Positions 40,108 to 43,472 of a DNA stretch of 43,472 bases are shown here, piece after piece. The notes beneath the pieces were generated by a model, which did no database searches, was not told the origin of the DNA, and was given only the letters and a program-made list of their open reading frames with translations. The stretch is from the IMG/VR virus record IMGVR_UViG_2737471820_000002; one strand, 5' to 3'. Position 1 is the stretch's first letter, and each line of letters begins with the position of its first letter. The stretch is from a virus. Its lineage: Duplodnaviria > Heunggongvirae > Uroviricota > Caudoviricetes. Both the position numbers and the translations under genes were made by a program.

Positions 40108-40326
40108 ATGGCAGACATCATTGATTCAGCATCAGAAATCGAAGAATTACAGCGCAATACAGCAATAAAAATGCGTCGTCTGAACCACCAGGTTATATCT
40201 GCCACTCATTGTTGTGAGTGTGGCGATCCCATAGATGAACGAAGACGCCTGGCCGTTCAGGGTTGTCGGACTTGTGCAAGTTGCCAGGAGGAGATCGAAC
40301 TTAAGAACAAACAATGGGGATTGTGA
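40108..40326 (+). CDS. TraR/DksA-family C4 zinc-finger protein
   Basis: CxxC...(17)...CxxC (CCECGDPIDERRRLAVQGCRTCASC) in a 72-aa protein. Confidence 0.7.
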   Translation: MADIIDSASEIEELQRNTAIKMRRLNHQVISATHCCECGDPIDERRRLAVQGCRTCASCQEEIELKNKQWGL

Positions 40327-40373
40327 TGGCCTCAAAGCAGCAAATTTCAACATCGTCCAACTGAGGTGTAAAA

Positions 40374-40652
40374 ATGTTCAGAATCATTTTTCCTAACACC
40401 TGGTACGTCGACCACCACGGCACTCCCTGCAAAATCCTGCGTTCTACCCACAACAAAGTTCACTACATCCGAAAAGGCAGAACATGTATCGCCAGCATGT
40501 TCCGCTTTAATCATGACTTTGAACCTGTGAATAAAGCTGATGCAGATCGGATATCAGAAGAGATCGAAACGGCAGAACACATTAAGAAGTTACGTGACAT
40601 GCGTTCAAAAAGCAGAGGTAACCATGGAATCATACAGCCTCACACTCGATGA
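40374..40652 (+). CDS. Hypothetical protein
   Basis: 92-aa ORF upstream of xis. Confidence 0.35.
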   Translation: MFRIIFPNTWYVDHHGTPCKILRSTHNKVHYIRKGRTCIASMFRFNHDFEPVNKADADRISEEIETAEHIKKLRDMRSKSRGNHGIIQPHTR

Positions 40653-40974
40653 GGCCTGTCAGTTTCTTAAGATATCCAGACCAACCGCCACCAACTGGAT
40701 ACGAACAGGCCGCCTACAGGCAACACGCAAAGACCCCACTAAACCAAAATCTCCTTACCTCACAACGCGACAAGCCTGCATTGCGGCGCTTCAGTCTCCG
40801 CTGCATACTATCAAGGTGAGCGCGGGTGATGGCATAACAGAGGAAAGAAAATGTCACTCTTCCGCAGAAGTGAAATATGGTACGCCAGTTTCACATTGCC
40901 GAACGGTAAAAGATTTAAACAGTCTCTTGGAACAAAGGACAAAAGGCAGGCGACAGAGCTCCATGACAAGCTAA
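40624..40974 (+). CDS. xis: Excisionase (AlpA/Xis-like HTH); 3' boundary uncertain
   Basis: [36 protein letters not shown] is an Xis-type HTH; overlaps the int 5' end as lambda xis does. Confidence 0.5.
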   Translation: MESYSLTLDEACQFLKISRPTATNWIRTGRLQATRKDPTKPKSPYLTTRQACIAALQSPLHTIKVSAGDGITEERKCHSSAEVKYGTPVSHCRTVKDLNSLLEQRTKGRRQSSMTS

Positions 40975-42014
40975 AGGCTGAAGCATGGCGGGTCAGCAAA
41001 CTTGGTGAAATACCTGATATGACGTTTGAGGAAGCGTGTGTCAGGTGGCTCGAAGAGAAAGCACATAAAAAATCACTGGACGATGACAAAAGCCGGATCG
41101 GATTCTGGCTTCAACATTTCGCAGGAATGCAACTAAGAGACATTACTGAATCAAAAATTTATTCAGCAATGCAGAAAATGACGAACCGGCGTCATGAGGA
41201 AAACTGGAAACTCAGGGCAGAAGCATGCAGAAAAAAAGGGAAACCTGTTCCAGAATACACGCCAAAACCAGCGTCCGTTGCAACGAAGGCTACGCATCTT
41301 TCATTTATAAAGGCCCTACTAAGAGCCGCAGAGCGTGAATGGAAAATGCTGGATAAGGCACCAATTATTAAAGTGCCTCAACCAAAGAATAAACGGATCC
41401 GCTGGCTGGAGCCCCATGAAGCACAAAGGCTGATTGATGAATGTCCGGAGCCATTAAAGTCTGTTGTTGAATTTGCACTGGCAACAGGCTTAAGACGCTC
41501 GAACATCATCAACCTTGAATGGCAACAAATAGATATGCAGCGCCGGGTGGCATGGATAAACCCGGAAGAGAGTAAATCAAACCGCGCAATTGGCGTTGCG
41601 CTGAATGATACTGCATGTCGCGTATTGAAAAAACAAATCGGGAATCATCACCGTTGGGTATTTGTGTACAAGGAAAGCTGTACCAAACCAGACGGAACGA
41701 AAGCGCCAACAGTAAGGAAGATGCGGTATGACGCAAACACAGCCTGGAAAGCGGCGCTGAGACGGGCTGGTATTGATGATTTCAGATTTCACGACTTGAG
41801 ACACACCTGGGCAAGTTGGCTGGTTCAAGCCGGAGTCCCGTTGTCAGTGTTACAGGAAATGGGAGGCTGGGAGTCTATCGAAATGGTTCGTCGATATGCT
41901 CACCTTGCACCTAATCACCTTACCGAACACGCACGGCAAATAGACTCGATCCTGAACCCATCGGTCCCAAATTTGTCCCAGTCAAAAAATAAGGAAGGTA
42001 CTAATGATGTGTAA
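40851..42014 (+). CDS. int: Tyrosine integrase
   Basis: 387 aa; C-terminal [10 protein letters not shown]...VRRYAH catalytic motifs; adjacent to the tRNA 3' end. Confidence 0.9.
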   Translation: MSLFRRSEIWYASFTLPNGKRFKQSLGTKDKRQATELHDKLKAEAWRVSKLGEIPDMTFEEACVRWLEEKAHKKSLDDDKSRIGFWLQHFAGMQLRDITESKIYSAMQKMTNRRHEENWKLRAEACRKKGKPVPEYTPKPASVATKATHLSFIKALLRAAEREWKMLDKAPIIKVPQPKNKRIRWLEPHEAQRLIDECPEPLKSVVEFALATGLRRSNIINLEWQQIDMQRRVAWINPEESKSNRAIGVALNDTACRVLKKQIGNHHRWVFVYKESCTKPDGTKAPTVRKMRYDANTAWKAALRRAGIDDFRFHDLRHTWASWLVQAGVPLSVLQEMGGWESIEMVRRYAHLAPNHLTEHARQIDSILNPSVPNLSQSKNKEGTNDV

Positions 42015-42028
42015 CTTATTGATTTTAA

Positions 42029-42104
42029 TGGTGCCGATAATAGGAGTCGAACCTACGACCTTCGCATTACGAATGCGCTGCTCTACCAACTGAGCTATAT
42101 CGGC
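42029..42104 (-). tRNA. thrW: tRNA-Thr (anticodon CGU)
   Basis: Minus-strand sequence GCCGATATAGCTCAGTTGGTAGAGCAGCGCATTCGTAATGCGAAGGTCGTAGGTTCGACTCCTATTATCGGCACCA has GTTCGA T-loop, anticodon CGT flanked by T and A, and 3' CCA. Confidence 0.85.
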
Positions 42105-42218
42105 CCTGAAAGGACATGTTCACGAACGTGAATCACGGTGGACAAGGTTAAAACTAACCGGGCGATGCGTCAATGGCCTTGTGAATCAAATGGCTACTTT
42201 TGCATCACCCGGTTTTAT

Positions 42219-43472
42219 TTACGCACGAATGGTGTAATCACCAATGCCGATCCACTTGTAAGTGGTCAGTGCTTCCAGCCCCATTGGGCCACGCGCGTGG
42301 AGTTTTTGTGTGCTTACCGCCACTTCCGCACCCAGACCAAACTGGCCGCCGTCGGTAAAACGCGTAGAGGCGTTAACGTAAACAGCGGACGAATCCACTT
42401 CGTTAACAAAACGCTGGGCGTTGCGCATATCGCGGGTCAGGATCGCATCGGAGTGTTGTGTGCCGTGTTCACGAATATGGGCGATGGCATCGTCAAGATC
42501 GCTGACGATTTTGACGTTCAAATCTAATGACAGAAACTCATCGTCATACTCTTCGGCTTTAACAGCAACCACCTTCGCAGGGCCTGCCTGCAACTGCGCC
42601 AGTGCAGCTGCATCTGCGTGTAATGTCACGCCGCTTTCCGCCATTTGTTTGCTTAATGCGGGCAGGAAGCTATCGGCGATGTTTTTATTCACCAGCAACG
42701 TTTCAACCGTATTACATGTGCTCGGACGCTGAGTTTTCGCGTTGACGATCACTTTTAATGCTTCAGCGATCTCTACACTTTCATCAACGTAAATATGGCA
42801 TACGCCTATACCACCTGTGATCACCGGGATTGTCGACTGTTCACGGCACAGTTTATGCAAACCAGCGCCACCACGCGGGATCAGCATGTCGATGTATTTA
42901 TCCATACGCAGCATTTCACTGACCAGCGCACGGTCAGGATTATCAATCGCCTGCACGGCACCCGCCGGTAAGCCGCAGGATTTCAGGGCGTCCTGAATCA
43001 CCGCCACCGTTGCAGCGTTAGTGCGACACGTTTCTTTGCCACCGCGCAGGATCACCGCATTACCGGTTTTCAGGCACAGCGAAGCGACATCAACCGTCAC
43101 GTTCGGGCGCGCTTCATAAATCACGCCAATAACCCCCAGCGGTACGCGACGACGCTCAAGACGCAGGCCGCTGTCCAGTACGCCGCCATCGATTACCTGC
43201 CCCACCGGATCGGCGAGGTTGCACACCTGACGTACATCGTCGGCAATGCCTTTCAGCCGTGCGGGCGTCAGTGCCAGACGGTCAAGCATCGCTTCGCTAA
43301 GGCCATTGGCTCGCGCGTCAGCAACATCCTGGGCGTTAGCGTTGAGGATGATTTCGCTTTGTGCTTCCAGTTCATCGGCGATTTTTTCCAGCACGCGATT
43401 TTTTTCGCGGCTGGAGAGTTGCGCTAATTTATACGAGGCTTGCTTCGCGGCAATGCCCATTTGTTCCAGCAT
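42219..43472 (-). CDS. proA: Gamma-glutamyl phosphate reductase
   Basis: 417 aa, complete, recognisable as E. coli ProA over its whole length. Confidence 0.95.

Noticed and set aside
42138-42732. Plus-strand ORFs opposite proA
   Set aside because: Antisense to a complete, conserved proA gene; no independent support.

Overview
The window is almost entirely one mosaic lambdoid prophage integrated at the thrW tRNA-Thr(CGU) gene beside proA at the right end. Reading right to left: proA, tRNA-Thr, int/xis, a lambda-type early-left module (exo, bet, gam, a phage Dam-type methyltransferase, a TraR/DksA zinc-finger protein), a divergent cI/cro switch with palindromic operators, a cII-like gene, O (with an iteron origin inside the gene), P and ren. 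The nin region carries RusA and YbcN/NinE/YbcO-like genes plus an AT-rich three-gene insertion encoding HEPN-type proteins, which is the strongest candidate for an undescribed defence/abortive-infection module. Further left are a Q82/DLP12-type antiterminator, an OmpC/NmpC-like porin, a second DNA methyltransferase, the lysis cassette (holin, R endolysin, Rz/Rz1) and bor, then HNH, P27-type small terminase, large terminase and HK97-type head genes, followed by a Mu-type contractile tail and baseplate module with a -1 frameshift chaperone. The left tip is AT-rich accessory cargo: an acyltransferase with an internal G8 tract, a degraded Gin/Pin-type invertase, a GIY-YIG nuclease flanked by a repeated hairpin element, and a RelA/SpoT nucleotidyltransferase fused to a C-terminal HEPN-like domain. 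All calls rest on reading the six-frame translations and the DNA by eye; no database search was run, so family names are recognition-based and GC statements are qualitative.
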